Notes under the pieces: generated by a model
Told to the model about the DNA's origin: nothing
Database searches by the model: none
The model's input: the letters and a program-made list of their open reading frames with translations, nothing else
Assembly: GCA_039025415.1 (NCBI GenBank)
Contig: JBCCOJ010000001.1
Location: 1 to 46,366, forward strand
Length of the DNA: 46,366 bases
Source: Bacteroidota bacterium
GTDB taxonomy: Bacteria; Bacteroidota; Bacteroidia; Flavobacteriales; Flavobacteriaceae
Direction: 5' to 3'
Part shown: piece after piece, positions 21,039 to 30,042 of the stretch
Layout: each line of letters starts with the position of its first letter
Position numbering within the stretch: position 1 is the first letter of the stretch
Translations under genes and position numbers: made by a program

Positions 21039-21150
21039 GGGCATGCCCCGCCAAAGGGCGGGTCGGGCCTGTCTGCCGAACAGGTAGGCTCTCGGGAGTC
21101 GCTTCCGCTGAAAATGCGGCGAGCTCCAACAATCCCTCCATCCCTCACGC
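21039..21150 (-). ncRNA. Structured repeat element copy 1 (possibly Flavo-1-like RNA motif) with nested hairpin at 21068-21088
   Basis: Homologous to 30043-30165 in the opposite orientation; multiple stems with compensatory changes. Confidence 0.65.
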
Positions 21151-21292
21151 GGGCTTGCCAGAGGTTTTTGACAAAAATTAAATGAGAGAAAAACAGCAGG
21201 AATATGAAAATTTCTGTTTGTGGATAAATACGAAAAGATACCCCGCCCTAGCGGGGCAATGAAACAGTTACCCACTTTCGTGGGCAATAAAT

Positions 21293-22354
21293 ATGATAAA
21301 AACAGATATACTGATTATAGGTGCTGGCCCAACTGGGCTTTTTGCCGTTTTTGAAGCCGGATTATTAAAGTTAAAATGCCACCTGATTGATGCGCTCCCG
21401 CAACCTGGCGGGCAATGTTCAGAAATATATCCTAAAAAGCCTATTTACGATATACCTGCGTATCCAGAAATTTTAGCAGGAGACCTCACTAAAAAATTAA
21501 TGGAACAATGCAAACAGTTTGAACCAGGTTTTACATTAGGGGAAAGGGCAGAAACTATTGAAAAGCAAGAGGACGGCACATTCATAGTAACCACAAATAA
21601 AGGCACAAAACATCACGCTCCAGTAGTCGCAATTGCCGGTGGATTGGGAAGTTTTGAGCCGAGAAAACCACCAATTGCAAACATTGCGTCTTTTGAGGAT
21701 AAGGGCGTGGAATATTTTATCAAAGACCCTGAGGTTTACAGAGATAAACGAGTTGTGATTGCGGGCGGAGGAGATTCAGCATTGGATTGGAGTATTTTTT
21801 TAAGCGATGTTGCCAAAGAAGTTACCTTAATACACAGAAGAAATGAATTTAGAGGTGCATTGGATTCTGTTGAAAAAGTACAAGAATTAAAAAACCAAGG
21901 AAAGATCAACTTAATCACGCCTGCCGAAGTCATAAATGTTGTTGGTCATTCCAAAGTAGAAGGGGTTGTAGTTACCCAATCTCAACACATTGAAAGGGAG
22001 TTTGAAATCGAATGTGACCATTTTATACCGTTGTTTGGTTTGGCACCTAAACTTGGGCCAATTGCCAATTGGGGTTTGGAAATCGAAAAGAATGCCATTA
22101 AAGTGAATAATGCTTTGGACTATCAAACTAACATACCCGGTATATTTGCCATTGGCGACGTGAACACTTATCCCGGTAAACTCAAGCTCATTCTCTGCGG
22201 TTTTCACGAGGCTACCTTAATGTGCCAAGCCGCCTATAAAATCATACATCCAGGTAAACGCTACGTGCTTAAATACACCACAGTAGCTGGTGTAGACGGA
22301 TTTGATGGAACTCGAAAGGAAGCACCTAAGGCAGTTGTTAAGGCAATAGATTAA
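21293..22354 (+). CDS. Ferredoxin--NADP+ reductase, thioredoxin-reductase-like type
   Basis: IIGAGPTG, YPKKPIYDIP, GGGDSALDW, GD; no TrxR CxxC; next to a ferredoxin gene. Confidence 0.9.
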   Translation: MIKTDILIIGAGPTGLFAVFEAGLLKLKCHLIDALPQPGGQCSEIYPKKPIYDIPAYPEILAGDLTKKLMEQCKQFEPGFTLGERAETIEKQEDGTFIVTTNKGTKHHAPVVAIAGGLGSFEPRKPPIANIASFEDKGVEYFIKDPEVYRDKRVVIAGGGDSALDWSIFLSDVAKEVTLIHRRNEFRGALDSVEKVQELKNQGKINLITPAEVINVVGHSKVEGVVVTQSQHIEREFEIECDHFIPLFGLAPKLGPIANWGLEIEKNAIKVNNALDYQTNIPGIFAIGDVNTYPGKLKLILCGFHEATLMCQAAYKIIHPGKRYVLKYTTVAGVDGFDGTRKEAPKAVVKAID

Positions 22355-22436
22355 GATATCGCTTAATTCGGTCTGCGTATAATCACACAATTTTCAGGAT
22401 TCATATAATTGAAAAACCTTTTATATTATCTCTCCT

Positions 22437-22444
22437 TATCTTTG
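22437..22444 (+). promoter_or_regulatory. -7 promoter element upstream of ferredoxin
   Basis: TATCTTTG. Confidence 0.5.
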
Positions 22445-22532
22445 TCATCGTTTTGAGACTGCTTTAAAGTAAAGCATATTTTTCAACGAACTGATAACTA
22501 AAACGAGATTTCCGCTTTCGCGGAAACTAAAG

Positions 22533-22862
22533 ATGCAAGACGTAAAGATTAAAATAACCGACCGAGAAGGAAAAACCCACGAAATTGAAGCGCCAACCGA
22601 TATGGCAATGAACCTGATGGAGGTAGTTCGCAGTTATGAATTAGCCCCAGAGGGTACAATTGGTATTTGTGGCGGTATGGCTATGTGCGCGTCTTGTCAG
22701 TGCTATGTGAAATCAAATCACGAACTTCCTAAAATGCAAGATGATGAGGAAGCCATGCTTAGTGAAGCTTTTTATGTAAAAGAAAATTCTCGCCTGGGTT
22801 GCCAAATACAAATAACCGAAGCGCTCCATGGCCTTGAAGTTGAGCTCGCTCCAGAGGAATAA
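22533..22862 (+). CDS. Adrenodoxin-type 2Fe-2S ferredoxin
   Basis: CGGMAMCASCQC and SRLGCQ. Confidence 0.93.
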   Translation: MQDVKIKITDREGKTHEIEAPTDMAMNLMEVVRSYELAPEGTIGICGGMAMCASCQCYVKSNHELPKMQDDEEAMLSEAFYVKENSRLGCQIQITEALHGLEVELAPEE

Positions 22863-22864
22863 TC

Positions 22865-24976
22865 TCAGAAATCATTATACCAATTAAACAGATCGGTGCG
22901 TAAACCAACATTGAACCAAGCAGTGTTACTTTTTAAGGTGTTCATTGTCTCCGCTTTAGGATTAAAGTTTCTTATGGTAAAATTGGTAAATAACCTAAGG
23001 TTTGTCGTGGGGTTGACCACATATCCCGCTTGCAAATCAAACTGAAACACATTCACCTGATTACCCTGCGCAACTTCAATACCGGTATCAGCAGGTCGAT
23101 TGCGCTCATTTCCGTAGATATCGCCCCCATAGAAAAAACTATCTTCCTCAGTATCAAAATCAAAACCACGCTTTCCAAAAATTACTTTCGCATCACCGTA
23201 CCAACGTTTGTAATTATAGCGACCAATGATAATTGCCTCGCTGAAATTTGCCCCCCAGAGATGCGCCATAGGTTGATTGTTGTGGGCGTAATTTAAAACG
23301 ATTGTATTATGGGAATAGGTATAAGGACGAACCCGATTGTATTCAAATTGCAACAACAGGTTATCTATTTTAAAGGCATCAAAGTATTTAACCCCCAATT
23401 GATAGCCAAATTTATTCTTCCAGCTTTTGTTTCCTCCCGTTATATCATTCAGTGAAAATTCGTCTAAAATAAATTGACCGTAGAGATTGACCTTGTTGTT
23501 CCATTTGTATTTAGCTGAAGCTCCCAAAATGGCATTTCCTGCATTTTGCCCCGTTTGAAACTCGATAGCACGGTAAAAAATCACGGGATTAAGATAATTT
23601 AAATCGAAGCCTCGATTGTTATCATCAGCCCACATGACAGACTCGAAAAATCCAAGGTTTAAACGTTTCGAAACGTTCCAACTCAAATAATGGTTGGCCA
23701 TGTATTTGGTAAAGAATGCCCCGTCTTCCAGAACCTCAGCCCGAACGTCCCTCAGTGACATCCAGGTATTAGTGTATTTAATTTTCCAGAATTGTGTATT
23801 AAGTTTAAAAAACGGATAGGGGCTCGCAACGTCGCTTTGAAGCAGTGAACGGTACCCATCACCGATAAAATTCTTACCATGACCAAATTGAATGTTTAGA
23901 AAATCTGCCGGCGTGTAACTCAAATAAGCCTCAGCAACGGGATAATCATAACCCTGGTCTTTAAAACGTTTAGCAACTCCACGGCCCGGCACTATTGGTT
24001 CTCCAGGAGAGGCGGCTAAACTTTCAACATAACGATTAAAATAATCGGCAAATCTACCTTGGCTTTCATAAATAGAGGTCATAAAATTAAACCTCTTACC
24101 AATCCCAGCCTGTACCCAAACCCCGCGTGTGTTATTATAAGTTCCCAAATCGGCTTCGCTATCAACACCAAGTTGCAAATCAGCAATTGGGTCTACGGTA
24201 AACCAAAAATCCTTGCCTTGAACTGCAACCATGTGCTCATTCCAGAGTTTTCTGCCCCACCACCCTTCTTTTGGCTTAGCTAGCTCCTTTTTTTCAGCCT
24301 CAAAATCATAATATTTGGCGACATCTTGATAAACAAATGGTTTGGCAGCCGTATGGCTATTGGTGCCAAGGGCATTCATTTCCTGATCAAACCGCGCGTA
24401 ATAAGTATGCGAAAACGGAATATTTAGCTGGCTAGTGTATTCCAAATTTTCATAGGGTTTAATGGATTTGTTAAGGCTATCAAACTCTGTAGAGAGGTCT
24501 TCATTTAAATTTTCGTTTGAAATCGCTAGTGATTTGGTATCGATGCTTTTGACTTCGTTCGAAATTTCCGCAGGATTCACCAATGGAATTTTTATACCGA
24601 TGGTGTACTGAAAATAAGTAGGTTTGCCATTGTACGTCCCGGGCTGAACTTTAGGCATACTTTCAAAGACACGGTTGGTTTCCTCTTTAAGTTCTTCGTA
24701 GACGGCATCTGTGTAAATGATTTTGATTTCACCTTCGTCGTTTACCTCAAAAAGCACTTTTACTTCGCCCTTATAATCATCTTCGGAAATTTTCGATGGT
24801 ACCTTGAAGTTGCCGAATATAAACTGGTTGATTTTGTTATTAAAACAGTTCTTTAAATGTTCAACTGGCTCAGTTTCACACCCGGGGAATACTGGTGATT
24901 TTTCAAAATTGGATATGTTCTGGGAAACACCTAATTGAATGCCAAAAACTGAAAGCAGTAGGAGCAGTTTTTTCAT
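22865..24976 (-). CDS. remB: RemB-like outer-membrane protein with N-terminal TonB_C-like domain
   Basis: Signal peptide, PVFPGC TonB_C-like region, barrel-like C-terminal part (QFGHGKNFIGDGYRS), terminal Phe. Confidence 0.7.
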   Translation of the reverse strand: MKKLLLLLSVFGIQLGVSQNISNFEKSPVFPGCETEPVEHLKNCFNNKINQFIFGNFKVPSKISEDDYKGEVKVLFEVNDEGEIKIIYTDAVYEELKEETNRVFESMPKVQPGTYNGKPTYFQYTIGIKIPLVNPAEISNEVKSIDTKSLAISNENLNEDLSTEFDSLNKSIKPYENLEYTSQLNIPFSHTYYARFDQEMNALGTNSHTAAKPFVYQDVAKYYDFEAEKKELAKPKEGWWGRKLWNEHMVAVQGKDFWFTVDPIADLQLGVDSEADLGTYNNTRGVWVQAGIGKRFNFMTSIYESQGRFADYFNRYVESLAASPGEPIVPGRGVAKRFKDQGYDYPVAEAYLSYTPADFLNIQFGHGKNFIGDGYRSLLQSDVASPYPFFKLNTQFWKIKYTNTWMSLRDVRAEVLEDGAFFTKYMANHYLSWNVSKRLNLGFFESVMWADDNNRGFDLNYLNPVIFYRAIEFQTGQNAGNAILGASAKYKWNNKVNLYGQFILDEFSLNDITGGNKSWKNKFGYQLGVKYFDAFKIDNLLLQFEYNRVRPYTYSHNTIVLNYAHNNQPMAHLWGANFSEAIIIGRYNYKRWYGDAKVIFGKRGFDFDTEEDSFFYGGDIYGNERNRPADTGIEVAQGNQVNVFQFDLQAGYVVNPTTNLRLFTNFTIRNFNPKAETMNTLKSNTAWFNVGLRTDLFNWYNDF

Positions 24977-25113
24977 GAATGGGAAACAGCTTTTTTACAC
25001 GCGAAAGATAACATTTTTTTAACAACGCCAATCTCCAATTTTTATTGGCCAGAATCTTGATTTACGAAGTGTTTGTAAGTTCCAACAGGCTGAAACCTTC
25101 TTTAGAATTTACG

Positions 25114-25121
25114 TATTTTTG
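25114..25121 (+). promoter_or_regulatory. -7 promoter element of gpsA
   Basis: TATTTTTG, 24 nt before ATG. Confidence 0.5.
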
Positions 25122-25145
25122 AAATGAAAAGATAACAATCCCTCG

Positions 25146-26147
25146 ATGTATTCTAATTTAAAATATGCTGTATTTGGTGCTGGTAGCTGGGCAACTGCAA
25201 TTGTTAAGATGCTTTGCGAAAATTTAGATGAAGTTGGGTGGTACATGCGAAGTGTCTACACAAAAGAACACTTAATTAACGAGCAACACAATCCTAGTTA
25301 TTTAAGCTCAGTGGAGTTTAAAACCGAACAACTGAAGCTAAGCAACGATATTAATGAAATCGCCGAGTATGCTGATGTTTTGATTTTTGTAATCCCTTCG
25401 GCTTTCATACATTCTGAATTGGAGAAAATGACCGTGGATATTTCGGGTAAAACTGTAGTTTCTGCAGTTAAGGGCATCATGCCTGAAACAGGGAAATTGG
25501 TAGGCGAACATTTTCACGATAATTATAAAATACCATTGGATAACATTGCCGTAATTGCTGGCCCATGTCATGCCGAGGAAGTTGCTTTAGAGCGGCTGTC
25601 TTATCTTACTATATCTTGCTCAGATGAAAAGATGGCACAAACTATCGCTGATGCCTTATCAAGCAACTATATAAATGCTAAAACCAGTGATGATATTATT
25701 GGGGTTGAGTATGCGGTAATGTTGAAAAACGTCTATGCTATAGCTGCAGGTATCGCCCATGGTTTGGGTTATGGGGACAACTTTCAAAGTGTATTGATGA
25801 GCAATTCCATCAGGGAAATGAAACGTTTTATAAAGAAGATGCATAAAATGAAACGTAACATCAATGACTCAGCCTACCTTGGGGATTTGTTGGTAACCGG
25901 CTACTCCACCTTTTCCAGAAACCGAATGTTTGGCAATATGATTGGTAAGGGTTATACCGTAAAATCGGCTCAAATGGAAATGAGTATGGTGGCCGAAGGT
26001 TATTACGCCACAAAAAGCGCCCGGATGCTTAATATTAAAAACGAAAAGAAAACCCGTCTCCCTATTATAAATGCGGTTTATTCAATTTTATACGAAAACA
26101 AAAACCCCAAAAAGGTGTTTAAAAAGTTGACCGAGAAGTTGGATTAA
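25146..26147 (+). CDS. gpsA: NAD(P)H-dependent glycerol-3-phosphate dehydrogenase
   Basis: GAGSWATA, GPCHAEE, LKNVYAIAAG, GDLLVT, SRN. Confidence 0.94.
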   Translation: MYSNLKYAVFGAGSWATAIVKMLCENLDEVGWYMRSVYTKEHLINEQHNPSYLSSVEFKTEQLKLSNDINEIAEYADVLIFVIPSAFIHSELEKMTVDISGKTVVSAVKGIMPETGKLVGEHFHDNYKIPLDNIAVIAGPCHAEEVALERLSYLTISCSDEKMAQTIADALSSNYINAKTSDDIIGVEYAVMLKNVYAIAAGIAHGLGYGDNFQSVLMSNSIREMKRFIKKMHKMKRNINDSAYLGDLLVTGYSTFSRNRMFGNMIGKGYTVKSAQMEMSMVAEGYYATKSARMLNIKNEKKTRLPIINAVYSILYENKNPKKVFKKLTEKLD

Positions 26148-26150
26148 GGA

Positions 26151-26175
26151 GCCCCCTAGCCCCCAGAGGGGGAAC
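26151..26175 (+). repeat. C5-N3-C5-N3-G5 triplex-type extragenic repeat, copy A
   Basis: GCCCCC TAG CCCCC AGA GGGGG AAC. Confidence 0.8.
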
Positions 26176-26220
26176 TGTTAGGTAAATAGATGTTTTGAAT
26201 TATCTTCAAAAATTTGTCAA

Positions 26221-26502
26221 TTAACCAAACAAATCTGAATGGGAACCTAACCTGATAAGTCTGATAGTTTTTGGCGATTCAATCTGGAACCAGATTATCA
26301 GAAGGTCTGGTTTTATATGGCATTCCCAATGGTCTTTGAATTCGCCTTTTAGTTTGTGAGGTTTCATCGTCAAATTGATTCCGGCAACACCATGAACATT
26401 CAATAGTTTTAAAACTAATGCCACCAGACTAAAATCAGAACCCTGTTTTTTTATCTTTTTTAGGTCTTTTTTAAATTTCGTCGTGAACTCTAACTGATAC
26501 AT
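26221..26502 (-). CDS. yafQ: YafQ-family (RelE superfamily) mRNA interferase toxin
   Basis: KFKKDLK, HKLKG, WECHIKPDLL, RLGSHSDLF. Confidence 0.9.
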   Translation of the reverse strand: MYQLEFTTKFKKDLKKIKKQGSDFSLVALVLKLLNVHGVAGINLTMKPHKLKGEFKDHWECHIKPDLLIIWFQIESPKTIRLIRLGSHSDLFG

Positions 26503-26511
26503 TCAACCTAA

Positions 26512-26736
26512 TTATAAGTTTTCAAGCCAACTATCTAAATCCTCAATTTTTTCAAGTTCACTTTCTTTTGCCTCATTTATTGCTTCTATTGTTTCTTGAT
26601 TTGGAATATGCCCAATATCTCGAAACAACAAGTATTCAATGTAGTTGTTTAAACTTCTATGCTGTGCCTTTGCTTTAATTTTCAATTTTGCAATCAGGTC
26701 TTCATCAAACCTTAAGGCGATTTGTTTTGTTGCCAT
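26512..26736 (-). CDS. Antitoxin with ribbon-helix-helix N-terminus and DinJ/RelB-like tail
   Basis: IALRFDEDL...AKAQHRSLNNYI; PNQETIEAINEA; acidic C-terminus; directly upstream of the toxin. Confidence 0.85.
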   Translation of the reverse strand: MATKQIALRFDEDLIAKLKIKAKAQHRSLNNYIEYLLFRDIGHIPNQETIEAINEAKESELEKIEDLDSWLENL

Positions 26737-26843
26737 AATCAATAACTTATATAAAAGTCTAAATTAAATAATAACAATGTGATATGCAAATGATATCGGT
26801 TAGTTAAAAACTATGGATTTGCGATACAAGCCCTAAAACTGTG

Positions 26844-27923
26844 TTAGTTTTTCAAAAACTTTTGACGACTAGAGATTTTCGAATTTTCATCCTTAAGTTC
26901 AATTACATACATTCCTTTGCTTAAGAAACCGACATCAATAGTATTATTCTGTAATTGACCGGTTGACACCTTTCTTCCGTTTAAATCATAAATATGATAA
27001 TTTAAAAAACTAGACGCGCCCGAAATATTAATTACATTTAAAACTGGATTTGGAAAAAGCGAGATTGACTTCTCTAAAATTGTTTCTGATTCTAAAGTGC
27101 TACGGTCAAATCTTCTTATTCTATTATCCTCAGATATATAAAAATAATTCTCATCCATTTCAATTTCTGCGGGAGCGTCAAGGTCTAAAATTACATCCTC
27201 TACTACTAGAGTTTCCTGACTAGTATCGATTTTTACTAACTTATCATCATCATATGCAATCACATACATAATATCTTCTTCGAATCTCATAGCTACTGGA
27301 TTATCTATTCCGGTGACATAGACTTCGGGTTCAGCGTTAGGGTTAGTAAGATCAAATCTTCCAATAAAGTCTCCATTTGAACACCAATATATATAGTTGT
27401 CTTTAATATCTAAACCTCCAGCACGCCCAGTTTGAGTTATAAAGTTTGTATTACATACAACTTCAGAATCTATGGAATTATCTGCAATATTGGTTTTTCT
27501 TATTCTGTAACCCATGGTATCTGAAAAATAGAGTTCATCCCCAATCACCCTTATTCTATTTGGGCTAACCGCTTGACTGGTTACCAAACTTATATCCGTA
27601 TAGTCATTAAGATTAATTTTCCTAATATCTCCCGCATCATATCGAGCGACATATAAAAAACCGTTCACTACTTGCAAACCAGCTGGGTTCTGGAAACCTC
27701 CTATAACCATATTTAGTCCTGAATCAATATCATTCAAGTCAAGCCAAGATATTGTGTTTGCATGTGAAATGTACAATTTATCGTTGTGTTTTATGAGAAC
27801 GTGAGGGCTTAAGTTTGACGTGAGAATTTCAGATTGAGAATAGACTGAAAATAATAAAAAGGAGATAAAAAAAGGAAGAATCGCGTATTTTAAAGTTATA
27901 GCATAAATGTTAATAAAAACCAA
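26844..27923 (-). CDS. T9SS-secreted beta-propeller protein (start codon uncertain)
   Basis: ~40-aa blade repeats (P-G/A...LY), type A CTD LFPNP...KGMYVIE...KFLKN. Confidence 0.75.
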   Translation of the reverse strand: MVFINIYAITLKYAILPFFISFLLFSVYSQSEILTSNLSPHVLIKHNDKLYISHANTISWLDLNDIDSGLNMVIGGFQNPAGLQVVNGFLYVARYDAGDIRKINLNDYTDISLVTSQAVSPNRIRVIGDELYFSDTMGYRIRKTNIADNSIDSEVVCNTNFITQTGRAGGLDIKDNYIYWCSNGDFIGRFDLTNPNAEPEVYVTGIDNPVAMRFEEDIMYVIAYDDDKLVKIDTSQETLVVEDVILDLDAPAEIEMDENYFYISEDNRIRRFDRSTLESETILEKSISLFPNPVLNVINISGASSFLNYHIYDLNGRKVSTGQLQNNTIDVGFLSKGMYVIELKDENSKISSRQKFLKN

Positions 27924-28039
27924 ATATATGCTAAGTTTTAAGAATAAACTATTCTCTTATTGATATTTATGAAAAAACAAACCAAGTAACTTTTGAACTA
28001 TCTCAGAGCTATGCATTATCGATTAAACGCCAAATAATC

Positions 28040-28435
28040 TCATTTGGCTTTAATACCTTTCATCCGCATCAAAGGCACTTTACGCAACGTGCTCTCTTTT
28101 ATTGTATCCTTCTTAAAAAGATACGTCTTATCGAACATTTCACCATTTAAGAAAAACGTCACCTTAAATTCATTATTAAGTCCCAGTAAATCCTCTTGAA
28201 GAAATTCAATTTTAGCAAAACTTCGGGCGGGGAGCATTTTGATTTGATGGCGCATGACTGGCGTAACCTTTTCTTCTGAATAACCTCTGGAGGAAATCAA
28301 TACCGTATCCAAATCCTCATCGCGATTGTTGATAATGTAGGCGTTCCAGTCGTCTGTGTTGTACTCTGGGTGGATTTCCCTTACGGCAACAACGTAAACC
28401 TCTTCGACTTTAGGGAAGTCAATGTCTTTTTTCAT
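28040..28435 (-). CDS. Conserved hypothetical protein
   Basis: 131-aa ORF, ATG start, protein-like composition (WNAYIIN, FAKIE). Confidence 0.7.
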   Translation of the reverse strand: MKKDIDFPKVEEVYVVAVREIHPEYNTDDWNAYIINNRDEDLDTVLISSRGYSEEKVTPVMRHQIKMLPARSFAKIEFLQEDLLGLNNEFKVTFFLNGEMFDKTYLFKKDTIKESTLRKVPLMRMKGIKAK

Positions 28436-28560
28436 AGGATGCTATAAGAAACAAATTGCCAGTTTCTTTAATTTGAATTGACCGTTAATTAAATTTTAAA
28501 TTAAACTTTCTCGTTATATAAAAAATTAAATTGCTGAAATATCTGTAATAAATCAAGATT

Positions 28561-28968
28561 ATGAAACTAAAGCTTTTAATTATTACCGGGTTCATTTTTG
28601 TTAGCTATGTTGGCGCGTCTCAAGAAAACAACAAGATTTCTACTTTAGAAACGGTTGAAGTTATAAACAATAATAAAGCTGAGGCGTTGTATTATTTTCA
28701 AAATAATTGGGCAAAGCTCAGAGAACAAGCCATTGAAAACAAGTTAATATACTCGTATCAATTATTGGAGGTGGATTATACTGAAAGCACGCCCTTTCAT
28801 TTCATATTAATTACCACCTATTTAAATGCTTCGCAATTTGAAAACAGGGAGGCTGTCTTCCAAAAACTCATCGAATCGAATCCAGGATTGAAATTATTGA
28901 ACCACAAGAAACCTAATGAATTTAGAAAATCTGTTTTTAGTATTACAAAAGCAAATAATTTGAATTGA
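28561..28968 (+). CDS. Exported hypothetical protein
   Basis: Signal peptide ending in ASQ; 135 aa. Confidence 0.65.
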   Translation: MKLKLLIITGFIFVSYVGASQENNKISTLETVEVINNNKAEALYYFQNNWAKLREQAIENKLIYSYQLLEVDYTESTPFHFILITTYLNASQFENREAVFQKLIESNPGLKLLNHKKPNEFRKSVFSITKANNLN

Positions 28969-28970
28969 TT

Positions 28971-29990
28971 TTATATCACACTCTTAAACTGCTCTAAAAA
29001 CCGAACATCATTTTCACTCAACAATCTAATGTCGCTAATTTGGTGCAGTAATAATGCAATGCGGTCTATCCCCATACCAAAAGCAAAACCCGAATATTCC
29101 TTAGAGTCGATACCACAATTTTCAAGAACGTTAGGGTCTACCATGCCACAGCCCATTATTTCCAACCAACCGGTACCTTTGGTCATTTTGTAATCGGTTT
29201 CGGTTTCAAGCCCCCAATACACATCCACCTCAGCACTGGGCTCAGTAAATGGAAAGTACGACGGCCTTAACCTGATTTTACTCTTACCGAACATTTCAGT
29301 AGTGAAATATTGAAGTGTCTGTTTTAAATCGGCAAAACTCACATCCTTATCAATATACAAGCCTTCAACCTGATGGAAAAAGCAATGTGAACGTGCCGAA
29401 ATAGCCTCGTTACGGTAAACTCTCCCAGGAGAAATGGTTCGTATTGGCGGCTTGTTATTTTCCATATAACGTACCTGAACCGAACTTGTATGGGTACGTA
29501 ACAGTATATCTGGGTCAGTTTGAATAAAGAAAGTATCCTGCATATCTCGCGCGGGGTGGTATTCAGGAAGATTTAAAGCCGTGAAATTGTGCCAATCGTC
29601 CTCAATCTCTGGGCCCTCACTAACATTAAAACCGATTCGGGAAAAAATATCCACAATTTGATTCTTGACAATCGAAATGGGATGCCTTGCTCCAATTTCG
29701 ATGGGTTCTCCTGGTCTTGATAAATCGCCATATTTCCCTTTGGTTTCGGTTAAACTCACAAGTTCTTCCTTTAAAGCATTGACCTTTTCCTCAGCGGTTT
29801 TTTTAAGCTGATTTATAGTTTGCCCAAACTCTTTCTTCTGCTCATTGGCCACGTTTTTAAATTCGGCAAAGTATTGCTTTAAAAGTCCCTTTGAACCAAG
29901 GAATTTTATCCGGAACGACTCTACCTCCTCTTTGGATTGGGCTGTAAATTCTTCGGCTTCTGCAATTAACTCTTTTAACTTATCTATCAT
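28971..29990 (-). CDS. pheS: Phenylalanine--tRNA ligase alpha subunit
   Basis: HPARDMQDTF, LRTHTS, YFPFTEPS, GFAFGMG. Confidence 0.97.
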   Translation of the reverse strand: MIDKLKELIAEAEEFTAQSKEEVESFRIKFLGSKGLLKQYFAEFKNVANEQKKEFGQTINQLKKTAEEKVNALKEELVSLTETKGKYGDLSRPGEPIEIGARHPISIVKNQIVDIFSRIGFNVSEGPEIEDDWHNFTALNLPEYHPARDMQDTFFIQTDPDILLRTHTSSVQVRYMENNKPPIRTISPGRVYRNEAISARSHCFFHQVEGLYIDKDVSFADLKQTLQYFTTEMFGKSKIRLRPSYFPFTEPSAEVDVYWGLETETDYKMTKGTGWLEIMGCGMVDPNVLENCGIDSKEYSGFAFGMGIDRIALLLHQISDIRLLSENDVRFLEQFKSVI

Positions 29991-30016
29991 AGTTTTAACA
30001 GCTTAAAAACGAATGG

Positions 30017-30024
30017 CAAATTTA
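30017..30024 (-). promoter_or_regulatory. -7 promoter element of pheS
   Basis: Minus strand TAAATTTG, 26 nt before ATG. Confidence 0.55.
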
Positions 30025-30042
30025 AAAATATAATCGGGATAT

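Noticed and set aside
21219-21227. Perfect DnaA box TGTGGATAA
   Set aside because: Single 9-mer, plausible by chance in 46 kb; no cluster or origin context.
21033-21287. 84-aa minus-strand ORF
   Set aside because: Runs through the GC-rich structured repeat; not protein-like.
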